From Mucisphaera calidilacus (GTDB taxonomy: Bacteria > Planctomycetota > Phycisphaerae > Phycisphaerales > Phycisphaeraceae), in NCBI RefSeq assembly GCF_007748075.1, contig NZ_CP036280.1, forward strand, positions 2,910,001 to 2,942,000: DNA of 32,000 nt, in the 5' to 3' direction. The stretch's first letter is position 1, and each line of letters begins with the position of its first letter. Position numbers and translations under genes: made by a program. Positions 9,124 through 18,224 of this stretch are shown piece after piece. A model generated the notes under the pieces. That model was not told the DNA's origin. It searched no databases and worked only from the letters and a program-made list of their open reading frames with translations.

Positions 9124-10494
9124 ATGCGTGTGCTGATGCTGGGATGGGAATTCCCGCCCTATATCACCGGTGGACTCGGGACCGCCTGCTTCGGACTCAC
9201 ACGCGCCCTCAGCCGGCACGACCACCAGATCACCTTCGTCCTCCCCAAAGCCGTCGACGACGAGTACACCGAGCACGTCCGGCTCCTCACACCTCAGGCC
9301 AGACAGGCCGCCGAGGGCGACCGCAGCCCCGAATCCGTCGCCAGCACCTTCGAACCACCCGAGGCCGAACAACCCAAACCCGAACTCGAACACGTCACCT
9401 TCAAAGCCGTCCCATCGAAACTGCGTTCACCCTACCCCGAGGGACACGAGTTCTACGACGGGCCGCCCCAAGGCGTCGGCTTCATCCACCCCACCGCCAA
9501 CATCCCGCAGACCGACCCCGCCGCAGACGGACAAACGCCCCCGCCGCCGCCCAAGGCCGGGTACGACGGCGACATGGTGGGCGAAGCACGACGCTACGCC
9601 GACCTCTGCCGAGACCTCGCCACATCCAACGACTTCGACGTCATCCACGCACACGACTGGATGACCTTCCCCGCCGCAGCCGCCATCGCCAGGGCCTCCG
9701 GCAAACCCATGATCGCCCACATCCACTCCACCGAGTTCGACCGCTCAGGCGAAAACATCCACCAGGGCATCTACGACCTGGAGCGACAGGGCCTCCACGA
9801 CGCCGACCGCATCATCGCCGTCAGCCACCTCACCCAGTCCATCCTCGAAGCTCGCTACGCCATCCCCGCCGAAAAAGTCGACGTCATCTACAACGGCATC
9901 GACCACAACGGCAAACCACCCGCACAGCCCGACCCCGACAAGGACGCCATCCGAAGCGACGAGAAAATCGTCCTCTTCCTCGGCCGCGTCACCATGCAGA
10001 AAGGCCCAGAATACTTCGTCCGGGCCGCCAAACGCGTCCTCGACGTCATGGATGGCGTCCGCTTCGTCATCGCCGGCACAGGCGACAAAATCCGCGACCT
10101 CATCGAACTCTCCGCCGAACTCGGCATCGGACACCGCTGCCTCTTCACCGGCTTCCTCCACGGACCCGAGGTCGAACGCATCTACCAGATGGCCTCCGTC
10201 TACGTCATGCCCTCCGTCTCCGAACCCTTCGGCATCGCCACGCTCGAAGCCATCTCCCACGACGTCCCCGTCATCATCTCCAAGACCTCAGGCGTCTCCG
10301 AAGTCCTCACCCACGTCCTCAAGGTCGACTTCTGGGACACCGAGGAAATGGCCAACAAGATCATCGCCGTCCTCAAACACCCACCCCTCGCCACCACACT
10401 CCGACACCACGCCACCATCGAAGTCCGACAACTCACCTGGGACGGCGCCGCACAGAAATGCGCCGACCTCTACCGCCAACTCACCACCGCCTGA
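9124..10494 (+). CDS. glycosyltransferase, glycogen-synthase-like (GT4/GT5 type)
   Basis: Start chosen at ATG 9124 (MRVLMLGWEFPPYITGGLG, a typical GT N-terminus), with GAGGAAG upstream. EPFGIATLEA is the E-x7-E motif. The track start at 9079 adds 15 atypical residues. Confidence 0.8.
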   Translation: MRVLMLGWEFPPYITGGLGTACFGLTRALSRHDHQITFVLPKAVDDEYTEHVRLLTPQARQAAEGDRSPESVASTFEPPEAEQPKPELEHVTFKAVPSKLRSPYPEGHEFYDGPPQGVGFIHPTANIPQTDPAADGQTPPPPPKAGYDGDMVGEARRYADLCRDLATSNDFDVIHAHDWMTFPAAAAIARASGKPMIAHIHSTEFDRSGENIHQGIYDLERQGLHDADRIIAVSHLTQSILEARYAIPAEKVDVIYNGIDHNGKPPAQPDPDKDAIRSDEKIVLFLGRVTMQKGPEYFVRAAKRVLDVMDGVRFVIAGTGDKIRDLIELSAELGIGHRCLFTGFLHGPEVERIYQMASVYVMPSVSEPFGIATLEAISHDVPVIISKTSGVSEVLTHVLKVDFWDTEEMANKIIAVLKHPPLATTLRHHATIEVRQLTWDGAAQKCADLYRQLTTA

Positions 10495-10532
10495 CCCCCC
10501 GATCCCTCAGCAGCCGGCGATCAACACCAGCC

Positions 10533-11024
10533 TCACGCCCCGCCCGACGCAAGCAGCAGCACACGCAACGCATCAGCCAACTCACGACGCCGACGAACCG
10601 GTAACGCGTCCGTCACCGCTCGCGCCTCCTCAAATCGAGCCTCCAACGCCGCGTCCACCAGATCACGACCTGCAGGCGTCAACGCCACCAGACGACCCCG
10701 GCGATCATCCGGATCAGGACGACGCTCCACCCAACCCATCGACACCAACCGGTCAATCCGGTGCGTCATCGCGCCCGACGACAGCATCGTCGCCTCCGTC
10801 AACGCCGTAGGCGAAAGACAGTAACCCGGCCCCGAACGCCTGAGCGTCGCCAGCACATCAAACTGCCACAACGCCAGCCCGAACGGCTCCAGCACACGCT
10901 CCACACGACCCTCCAGCCGGTGCGCCAGCCGAAGCACACGACCCACCACCGCCATCGGTCGCGCATCCAGGTCCGGACGCTCAACCGACCACTGATCCAG
11001 CAAACCATCAATCATGTCACGCAT
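10533..11024 (-). CDS. MarR family transcriptional regulator
   Basis: The winged-HTH pattern WQFDVLATLRRSG...LTEATMLSSGAMTHRIDRLVSMGWVERRPDPDDRRGRLVALTPAG is classic MarR. Confidence 0.85.
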   Translation of the reverse strand: MRDMIDGLLDQWSVERPDLDARPMAVVGRVLRLAHRLEGRVERVLEPFGLALWQFDVLATLRRSGPGYCLSPTALTEATMLSSGAMTHRIDRLVSMGWVERRPDPDDRRGRLVALTPAGRDLVDAALEARFEEARAVTDALPVRRRRELADALRVLLLASGGA

Positions 11025-11060
11025 GGGAACAGTCTCGGATCAAATATATTTTATGTCAAG

Positions 11061-11078
11061 TATCTTGATATCAAGATA
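11061..11078. promoter_or_regulatory. perfect 18-bp palindrome TATCTTGATATCAAGATA, candidate MarR operator
   Basis: It sits in the 94-bp AT-rich divergent region between marR (start 11024) and the 311-aa ORF (start 11119). Flanking bases G11060 and G11079 end the symmetry. Confidence 0.5.
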
Positions 11079-11118
11079 GTTTCGGGTACACTCCGTAATA
11101 CCCGCCACGGAGAACACC

Positions 11119-12054
11119 ATGCTCAAGACCACCGTCGATCAGAACGTCTGGCTCGTCCCGCAGCACACCCATGCGCAGGTCAGCGGCTACCTCGCCGCCT
11201 ACTGGGGCAACCACCAGGGCTTCGCACGCCCCGGACACTACCCGGGCAGCACCCACCCCCATCACTGGCGCGACGAAGTCGTCCTCGGCATCGCCGAACA
11301 CGACAACGGCTGGTGGGAGTACGAGGCCACGCCCCGCTTCAACCCCCACGACGGACTGCCCGTCGGCCTCGGCGAATCCATCGACGCCTCTCCCGCCGAC
11401 GACGGCTTCGACCAGTGGCGCTCAGGCGGCTTCGAACGCTGGCACCTCGGCATCAACCGCCTCGCCGAACACCACCCCTACGCAGCACTCCTCATCGTCG
11501 GACACGCCTACTGGCTCTACGCCCCCGCCTTCGACCACCTCATGAACGAACCCCACGCCAACGCCTTCCGACACGCCATCTTTGGCGACCCCGACACCGC
11601 CGAAGGACTCGCCGCCGATCGCGACGCCACCCTCGCCTTCCTCCATGACATGGCCAAAACCCGCCAGCAACTCATCCGAACCCTCAACCACAACCCGCAT
11701 CTCGCCGATGCCACCCGCCCCCAACACCTCAACCCCCACATCCGACTCACCCAGACCCTCGACACCCTCTCCCTGCTCCTCGCACGCAACGACACCGACA
11801 CCCACCTCCTCCACGACGTCCCCCGTGCAGGCTGGCACGACCGCGTCACCCTCCGCTGGCAACACCTCGGACACCGCCGCTACCAGATCGACCCCTACCC
11901 CTTCGAGATCGACCCCCTGCCCGTCACCATCCCCGCCAAAACCGCATCCCCTGACGACCTCGACCCCGACACACCCATGACCACCCTCCACCGACTGCCA
12001 CACCAGACCCTCACCTTCGAGATCACCTCCGCTACCTCAACTTCGACGCCGTGA
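11119..12054 (+). CDS. hypothetical His-rich protein (possibly DUF3891-like)
   Basis: 311-aa ORF with strong codon bias. It has an IAEHDNGWWEYE (HDxGW) motif and many conserved-looking His residues. The family name is from memory only. Confidence 0.55.
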   Translation: MLKTTVDQNVWLVPQHTHAQVSGYLAAYWGNHQGFARPGHYPGSTHPHHWRDEVVLGIAEHDNGWWEYEATPRFNPHDGLPVGLGESIDASPADDGFDQWRSGGFERWHLGINRLAEHHPYAALLIVGHAYWLYAPAFDHLMNEPHANAFRHAIFGDPDTAEGLAADRDATLAFLHDMAKTRQQLIRTLNHNPHLADATRPQHLNPHIRLTQTLDTLSLLLARNDTDTHLLHDVPRAGWHDRVTLRWQHLGHRRYQIDPYPFEIDPLPVTIPAKTASPDDLDPDTPMTTLHRLPHQTLTFEITSATSTSTP

Positions 12055-13024
12055 ACGCCCCCGCGTCTCGCTCGCGAACCCACCCGCGCGACGGGCCCAC
12101 ACGCGCCTCGTACGCCGTCCACAAGTCATACCAGTACGCCAGAAAACGGTACGGCCGATACCCCTCGTAATGCGCCTCGATCAGCGGATCCAGCTCCTTG
12201 TCGTTCGAAGGCCGCTCGATCCCCTTCACCGCGCAGTAATGGCGATACGTCTCCGAATCGATCGCCAGAAAATCGTAATGCCCCAGCAGCTGACAGATGT
12301 TCGCCGCCGCGTAAGGCCCAATGCCGTTCAACCCCCGCAACGCCTCATACACCTCCCCCGCCGTCCGCTCAGGCGACGCATACCACCCCGCATCAATCGA
12401 CCCGTCCAGAAACCCACGCGCCACGTCAACAATCCGCTGCGCCCGATACCCCACCTTCACGTGCTCCTTCAGCCGCGCCGCACCATACCGACGCACCTGC
12501 CCGGGCGAAGGAAACGCCCCCCGACCCACACGCTCCACCAGCAACCGGTTCATCCGAATCGTCGACGTCCACGTCGTGTTGCACCCCGTGATCGTCTTCA
12601 CGATGTCCTCCCACAACGTAGGCGACCGAAACAACCGCCCGAACCCCCGCCGACGCGCCCCCGCGTGCATCGCGTACCACCCCGTAAAATCCTCATCCAC
12701 ACGCAACACCCGACCCAGCCTCTGCTTAACCCGAACCCCCTCTCCCCGATCCAGCTTCCGATGACACGCCACCACCAGCGGATCCCCTTGATCCCCCTGC
12801 GACACCCGAATCGCAATCAGTGAACTATCTTCAGTCGCCAGCGTCGTCTCAAAAACCTGACGCTCCGCATCCCAGTGATTCGGGGACAACAGAAAATACC
12901 CGTACGAACACACCGCCTCGGCCAAATCGAAATCCGAGGGGACCGAGAGCCTCAACCTGCTGCCACGCATCCGTTCTGCCGCCATATTCCGCTCGCCATT
13001 CCGTCTACAAGCCAGATCATTCAC
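12032..13024 (-). CDS. HhH-GPD superfamily DNA glycosylase (AlkA-like)
   Basis: Helix-hairpin-helix LRGLNGIGPYAAANICQLLG followed by Asp (AIDSETYRHY). The upstream segment WEDIVKTITGCNTTW is typical of AlkA-like proteins. The start is uncertain, with alternatives at 12985 and 12970. The 3' end overlaps the neighbouring gene by 23 bp. Confidence 0.7.
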   Translation of the reverse strand: MNDLACRRNGERNMAAERMRGSRLRLSVPSDFDLAEAVCSYGYFLLSPNHWDAERQVFETTLATEDSSLIAIRVSQGDQGDPLVVACHRKLDRGEGVRVKQRLGRVLRVDEDFTGWYAMHAGARRRGFGRLFRSPTLWEDIVKTITGCNTTWTSTIRMNRLLVERVGRGAFPSPGQVRRYGAARLKEHVKVGYRAQRIVDVARGFLDGSIDAGWYASPERTAGEVYEALRGLNGIGPYAAANICQLLGHYDFLAIDSETYRHYCAVKGIERPSNDKELDPLIEAHYEGYRPYRFLAYWYDLWTAYEARVGPSRGWVRERDAGAFTASKLR

Positions 13025-13209
13025 CCCAAATCAGGGAAACCCCCGATAATCGGATACACTATGCTGTCACAACAGGCATGGCCCTGTCGGGATATCCGAA
13101 CCCTATGTCATCCACACGCACACGCCGAAGTTCGGCCCGCGCGATAGGCCTCAAAACCTTCGCCAACCGTCGAGACTGAGTCGCAGTTCGTACAGGAACA
13201 AACAGACAC

Positions 13210-14094
13210 ATGGACAGCTTCTTCAAGCACTTCCCCAGCTTCCGTTGGCCCATCAGCGCCACCCGATCCTCCCACCCCTCTCTCCGAGGCGGACTCGACT
13301 GGACCGTCATCATCGGCCTCGGCTGGCTCCACGTCGTCGCCATCGCAGCACCCTGGACCTTCACCTGGTCCGGCCTCGCCTGGCTACTCGTCCTCTGGTA
13401 CCTCACCGGCGGCCTCGGCATCGTCCTCTGCTACCACCGACTCCTCACACACCGATCCTTCGCATGCCCGCGATGGCTCGAATACACCCTCACCTTCCTC
13501 GCCTGCGCCGCCTGGCAGGGACGCCCCTCACACTGGGTCGGCACCCACCGCATCCACCACAAACACTCCGACGACGAAGGCGACCCCCACACGCCCCAGC
13601 ACGGCTTCACCTGGTCTCACATCTTCTGGACCATGTTCAAAGAACCCGAGGGCATGAAGGCCGACGACTTCGCCAAAGACCTCCAACGCGACGCCGGCAT
13701 GCGCTGGTTCGACAAGTGGTTCGTCGTCCCCCAGTTCATCATCGCACTCTTCCTCATCGCCCTTGGCTACGCGCTGGGCGGAACCGAACTCGCCATCTCC
13801 TGGTTCGTCTGGGGCGTCGCCCTGCGTACCGTCTGGGTCTGGCACGTCACCTGGTTCGTCAACTCCGCCACACACACCTGGGGATACCGAAACTTCAAGA
13901 CAGGCGAACACTCCACCAACCTCTGGTGGGTCGCCATCCTCAGCTTCGGCGAGGGCTGGCACAACAACCACCATGCACACCCACGATCCGCGACCCATGG
14001 CATGCGCTGGTTCGAAATCGATCCCACCAACTGGCTCATCGCCCTGCTCGAAGCCACCGGGCTCGCCTGGAACGTCAAACGAACCACCCTCTGA
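13210..14094 (+). CDS. membrane fatty-acid (delta-9 type) desaturase
   Basis: Three His boxes are present: HRLLTH, HRIHHKH and HNNHHAH. TM helices sit in the expected positions. Confidence 0.9.
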   Translation: MDSFFKHFPSFRWPISATRSSHPSLRGGLDWTVIIGLGWLHVVAIAAPWTFTWSGLAWLLVLWYLTGGLGIVLCYHRLLTHRSFACPRWLEYTLTFLACAAWQGRPSHWVGTHRIHHKHSDDEGDPHTPQHGFTWSHIFWTMFKEPEGMKADDFAKDLQRDAGMRWFDKWFVVPQFIIALFLIALGYALGGTELAISWFVWGVALRTVWVWHVTWFVNSATHTWGYRNFKTGEHSTNLWWVAILSFGEGWHNNHHAHPRSATHGMRWFEIDPTNWLIALLEATGLAWNVKRTTL

Positions 14095-14152
14095 TTCCCG
14101 ACGCACCACACCACCGGCAGGGACAGGCCCGCCAAGCTATCTTGTCCCGACG

Positions 14153-15679
14153 ATGAGTGATCCCAAACCCGACACACCCCTGCCCACACTCGACCAACGC
14201 TCCACAGGCGTTCTCCTCCACATCACATCCCTCGACGGCCACTACGGCATCGGGGACCTCGGCCGGCCCGCACGACACCTCGTCCACTGGCTCAAAGCCG
14301 CGGGCGTCAGCTGGTGGCAGGTCCTCCCCATCACCCCGCCCAGCGCCGAAAACTCGCCCTACGAGTCCATCTCCGCCTTCGCCGGATGGCACGCCCTCAT
14401 CAGCCTCGAAGACCTCGTCGCCGACGGACTCCTCCCCAAAAAAGCACTCGCCGATATCCCCAAACTGCCTGAAGACCGCGCCGACTACCAGGCCGCTCAG
14501 GACATCCGCACCCGACTCCTCCGCCAGGCACACCAGAGCTTCACACCCAGCGACGACTACCACGACTTCCTCAAAAACCAGGCCGACTGGCTCGACGACT
14601 GGGCACTCCACGAAGCCATCCGAAACACCCGCAACGGCAAGCCCTGGCACACGTGGCCCGACGACCTCCGGCTCCGACACAAACACCACATCGAAACCGC
14701 TCGACACGACCTCGCCGACGACATCGACTTCCACAAGTTCGTCCAGTACGTCTTCGACAAACAGTGGAACGCGCTCCGCGAGATCTGCCGCGACGCCGGC
14801 ATCGGACTCATCGGCGACGTCCCCATCTTCGTCGGCATGGACGCCGCCGACGTATGGGCCCACCGCGCACTCTTCGACCTCGACCGCGACGGACGACCCA
14901 AGGCCATCTCAGGCGTCCCGCCCGACATGTTCAGCGAGACCGGGCAGGTCTGGGACCACCCCCTCTACAACTGGACCAACCACGAGAAAACCGACTACGC
15001 CTGGTGGGCCGCCCGCATGCGCCACACCCTCAACCAGTTCGACGCCGTACGCATCGACCACTTCCTCGGCTTCCTCCGCTGCTGGGCCATCCCCGCCGAC
15101 ACCCGCCACGCACCCGACGGCAAGTGGCGCAAAGGACCCGCCAAGTCCTTCTTCGACGCCGTCGAACAGCAACTCGGCACCATGGCCGTCATCGCCGAGG
15201 ACCTCGGCGACGTCACCCAGCAGGCCATCGACCTCCGCGACGACCTCGGATACCCCGGCATGATGGTCACGCAGTTCGGCTTCGGCGAAGACCACGCCCA
15301 CCACGCACCCCACAACCACCCCAGAAACTGCGTCGCCTACACCGGCACCCACGACAACAACACCCTCAGCGGCTTCTACCACGAGTCCTCCTCCGAAACC
15401 CGGAAACGCATCCTCCTCTACACCGGCAAAGAGGCCGACTCCGTCGCCGAAGACCTCACACGCATCACCCTCCTCAGTCAGGCCAACATCGCCGTCATCC
15501 CGCCCCAGGACCTCCTCGGCCTCGACACCCACCACCGCATGAACATCCCCGGCAAAAAAGTCGGCAACTGGACCTGGCGACTACCCCCCGGAAGCCTCAC
15601 CGCCAGCCACGCCAAAAAAATACACCGACTCAACCTCCTCGCCGGACGAACCCAACCCCTCCCCGCCACCGAATCCTGA
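14153..15679 (+). CDS. malQ: 4-alpha-glucanotransferase (amylomaltase, GH77)
   Basis: GVLLHITSL..YGIGDLG, RIDHFLGF, IAEDLG and YTGTHDNNT are GH77 signatures. The start is set at ATG 14153. The track ORF from 13763 is an artefactual extension overlapping the desaturase. Confidence 0.9.
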   Translation: MSDPKPDTPLPTLDQRSTGVLLHITSLDGHYGIGDLGRPARHLVHWLKAAGVSWWQVLPITPPSAENSPYESISAFAGWHALISLEDLVADGLLPKKALADIPKLPEDRADYQAAQDIRTRLLRQAHQSFTPSDDYHDFLKNQADWLDDWALHEAIRNTRNGKPWHTWPDDLRLRHKHHIETARHDLADDIDFHKFVQYVFDKQWNALREICRDAGIGLIGDVPIFVGMDAADVWAHRALFDLDRDGRPKAISGVPPDMFSETGQVWDHPLYNWTNHEKTDYAWWAARMRHTLNQFDAVRIDHFLGFLRCWAIPADTRHAPDGKWRKGPAKSFFDAVEQQLGTMAVIAEDLGDVTQQAIDLRDDLGYPGMMVTQFGFGEDHAHHAPHNHPRNCVAYTGTHDNNTLSGFYHESSSETRKRILLYTGKEADSVAEDLTRITLLSQANIAVIPPQDLLGLDTHHRMNIPGKKVGNWTWRLPPGSLTASHAKKIHRLNLLAGRTQPLPATES

Positions 15680-15703
15680 ACCCCTCACCTCAGCTCCGCG
15701 CTG

Positions 15704-16744
15704 CTACCGCGGTTGTCGATCTCTGATCGCACGCTCCACCGCGTCCGCCAGCACGCCCGCACCCTCACGCACCACGTCCGCCACCGGCAAACCCAACGCC
15801 TCACCCACACGCCGCTTCTCCGCCTCGAACGCTGCGTCATCCAGCCGCCGGCTGTTCATCCCCACACCCACCACCCGGCACGGATGCATCTCGCTCGCCA
15901 GCGACTCGTACAACGCCCGGTACGTCTCGAGTGATTTCAACGCGATGTGATCCAGACCCTTCACGTGGGTCCGGCCCGCCTCGTAACACAAAATCAAACC
16001 GTCCGGCCGACAGCCGTGCAGCAACCCGAGCGTCACCGACGAGTAACTCGGGTGCAGGATCGATCCCTGACCCTCAATACACATCACGTCATGATGCTGG
16101 TTCCGCAGCACCAGCTTCTCCGCCGCACCGTTGATGAAGTCCGCCACCACCGTATCAATAGGCGTCCCGTCACCCTCCACCATGATCCCCGTCTGGCCTG
16201 TTGCCACAAACTTGCTGCTCAGCCCACGCCCCGCCAACGCACGCGACACCTCCACCGAAACAATCATCTTCCCCACCGAACAGTCCTGCCCCACCGTGTG
16301 CAGCCGGTAGCACCCATCCTCAAAACCCCGGCCCTCCGCCACCTCGTGCTCGTGGTTCTTCCGCACGTCCCACAGGTGCGCCCCGCTGTGCTCCGCCGCC
16401 GCAGCGAGATCCGCATCGTCCGACAGAAACTCGTGCAGCCCCGAGATCACCGTCATCCCACGCTCCACCGCCTTGAGCAGGTGCCCACGCATCACCTCGG
16501 GCAGCTTCCCGCCATGCACCCCGATCCCGATGATCAGCGTGTCCGCGTCCGGCACATCACCCAGATCACCCACCACCGGCACATCACCCCCCACGCCCAG
16601 CAGACCGCCCGCCGTCTTCCCCACCTCCTGCGTGTCCAGCAACGCCACCACCTCTTCCGCCCGGTAACGCAATACGCTGTACGCCGTCTTGGCGTAATAA
16701 ATGCTGGTATGACCCTCAGTTAGCAGGACAATGCGTTGCGCCAC
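15704..16744 (-). CDS. DUF1611 family protein (DgcN-like, putative D-glutamate N-acetyltransferase)
   Basis: RIVLLTEGH...AKTA..LRY...VVALLD...DTLIIGIGVHGGKLP...ISGLHEFLSDD matches the DUF1611 layout as remembered. Confidence 0.75.
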   Translation of the reverse strand: MAQRIVLLTEGHTSIYYAKTAYSVLRYRAEEVVALLDTQEVGKTAGGLLGVGGDVPVVGDLGDVPDADTLIIGIGVHGGKLPEVMRGHLLKAVERGMTVISGLHEFLSDDADLAAAAEHSGAHLWDVRKNHEHEVAEGRGFEDGCYRLHTVGQDCSVGKMIVSVEVSRALAGRGLSSKFVATGQTGIMVEGDGTPIDTVVADFINGAAEKLVLRNQHHDVMCIEGQGSILHPSYSSVTLGLLHGCRPDGLILCYEAGRTHVKGLDHIALKSLETYRALYESLASEMHPCRVVGVGMNSRRLDDAAFEAEKRRVGEALGLPVADVVREGAGVLADAVERAIRDRQPR

Positions 16745-16855
16745 GTGGCCGCTCCTTCGTCATTTCTTCCGCTTTCGCAGACAATTTCCGCAGACAGACC
16801 CTGAATATTATGTAAATTATACTCGGCCTGCACACCCACAGCAGAACGAGTGATT

Positions 16856-17767
16856 ATGGTTCAGCAACCCACCCCCGCCGCCGACCCCGTTGTCTACTAC
16901 AACGGCGAATTCATCCCCAGCTCACACGCCAACGTCTCCGTCGAGGAACGAGGAACGCTCTTCGGCGAAGGCGTCTACGAAGTCACCCGCGTCTACAACG
17001 CACACCCCTTCGCACTCGACGAGCACCTCGAACGGCTCCTCAACAGCCTCCGTGGCATCGGCCTCAAGGACCCCCAAACCCTCGCCGCCGCCCGCGAACT
17101 CAAGCCCGCCTCCGCACAACTCCTCGAGATCCACAACCTCGCCGAGGCCCTCGTCTACTGGCAGATCACCCGCGGACCCGCCCAGCCCCGATCCTTCCTC
17201 TACCAGCCCAACACCCGACCCTCCGTCCTCGCCATCGCCTACCCCACGCAACCCATCAACACCGCCGGCCCGCCACCCACCACCACCGCGACCCTCCTCC
17301 CCGACGACCGCTGGGCCAACTGCTGGATCAAGTCCACCATGCTCCTGCCCAACAACCTCGCCTACAACCAGGCCCGCGAAGCCGGCTTCGGCGCCGCACT
17401 CCTCCAACGCCACGGCCTCATCACCGAGGCCTCCAACGCCAACGCCATGTTCGTCCGCGACGGCAAGATCCTCACACACCCCGACGACGGCAAGATTCTC
17501 AATGGCATCACACGCCAGATCGTCCTCAACCACGCTCGCAACCTCAACATCCCCGTCGCCGAACAACCCCTCCCCATCGCCGAACTCAACACCGTCGACG
17601 AGGCCTTCCTCACCGGCACCACCACCCACGTCACCCCCGTCCTCGCCATCGACGACCAGCCCGTCGCCGACGCCAAACCCGGACCCGTCGCCCTGCAACT
17701 CCACCACACCCTCATGAACGACATCAACACCCGCTGCCGCATCACCACCCACGCCACCACACCCTGA
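16856..17767 (+). CDS. dat: class IV PLP aminotransferase, D-amino-acid (D-alanine) aminotransferase-like
   Basis: YYNGEF...VSVEERGTLFGEGVYEV, WIKSTMLLPN (catalytic Lys context) and EASNANAMFV..GKILTHP...ILNGITRQ parallel Bacillus Dat. ATG 16856 is preferred over GTG 16850. Confidence 0.7.
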   Translation: MVQQPTPAADPVVYYNGEFIPSSHANVSVEERGTLFGEGVYEVTRVYNAHPFALDEHLERLLNSLRGIGLKDPQTLAAARELKPASAQLLEIHNLAEALVYWQITRGPAQPRSFLYQPNTRPSVLAIAYPTQPINTAGPPPTTTATLLPDDRWANCWIKSTMLLPNNLAYNQAREAGFGAALLQRHGLITEASNANAMFVRDGKILTHPDDGKILNGITRQIVLNHARNLNIPVAEQPLPIAELNTVDEAFLTGTTTHVTPVLAIDDQPVADAKPGPVALQLHHTLMNDINTRCRITTHATTP

Positions 17768-17809
17768 CCCGCATCTCAAAACACTTCCGCGGGATCCCGG
17801 CACAGCACG

Positions 17810-17950
17810 CTTCGGTCAATCCCTATCCCCGGAGAAGAGAAACACGCACCGCTCGCTCGCAGCTGCTGTCACCCTTGCAGCCCTCCTCGCTCCCTGCGCC
17901 AACGCCGAAACACGCTTCTGGCACATCCGGAACACGGATTATCACCACGA
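17810..17950 (+). pseudogene. relic copy of the 5' UTR and signal-peptide region of the PEP-CTERM gene at 21420
   Basis: 17810-17950 aligns with 21385-21526, including ccccggagaagagaa and cttgcagccctcctcgctccctgcgccaacgcc. The start codon is ACG (17844-17846) instead of ATG. Similarity and coding bias both end after about codon 35. Confidence 0.6.
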
Positions 17951-18213
17951 ACGCCAATCACATCACACGCCGCATCAGAAACACTCCTCATCAGCAGCAG
18001 CAGTTTACATCCACGTACCTCCAGCCCTTGACCGATCTGCACACCCAACCAGAACAAAAATACGCCCTTCCGCTGCGCAAGATCGCACTCATCCCCCTAA
18101 TCCTTGGGAAAGCACAACCACACCAATCTCAATCTGTGTTTTTTTGCGCTATGACAGGCATCGTGCTACTCCGGATCCGCTAAACTGACCGTCACACCCG
18201 AGACTCTCGCGAA

Positions 18214-18223
18214 GGGATATCCC
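18214..18223. promoter_or_regulatory. 10-bp palindrome GGGATATCCC immediately upstream of the 797-aa gene
   Basis: The same perfect 10-mer occurs at 21389-21398, upstream of the next secreted-protein gene. Confidence 0.3.
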
Positions 18224-18224
18224 G

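Noticed and set aside
13763-14152. N-terminal 130-aa extension of malQ given by the ORF track
   Set aside because: The extension overlaps the desaturase gene in another frame and is Ser/Pro/Thr-rich and low-complexity. The conserved GH77 N-terminus begins at ATG 14153.
17844-18188. The relic signal-peptide frame is in phase with the 18225 gene, suggesting one longer ancestral ORF
   Set aside because: After about 35 codons the frame loses coding bias and reads as low-complexity sequence. It ends at TGA 18186-18188. Being in phase has a 1-in-3 chance expectation.
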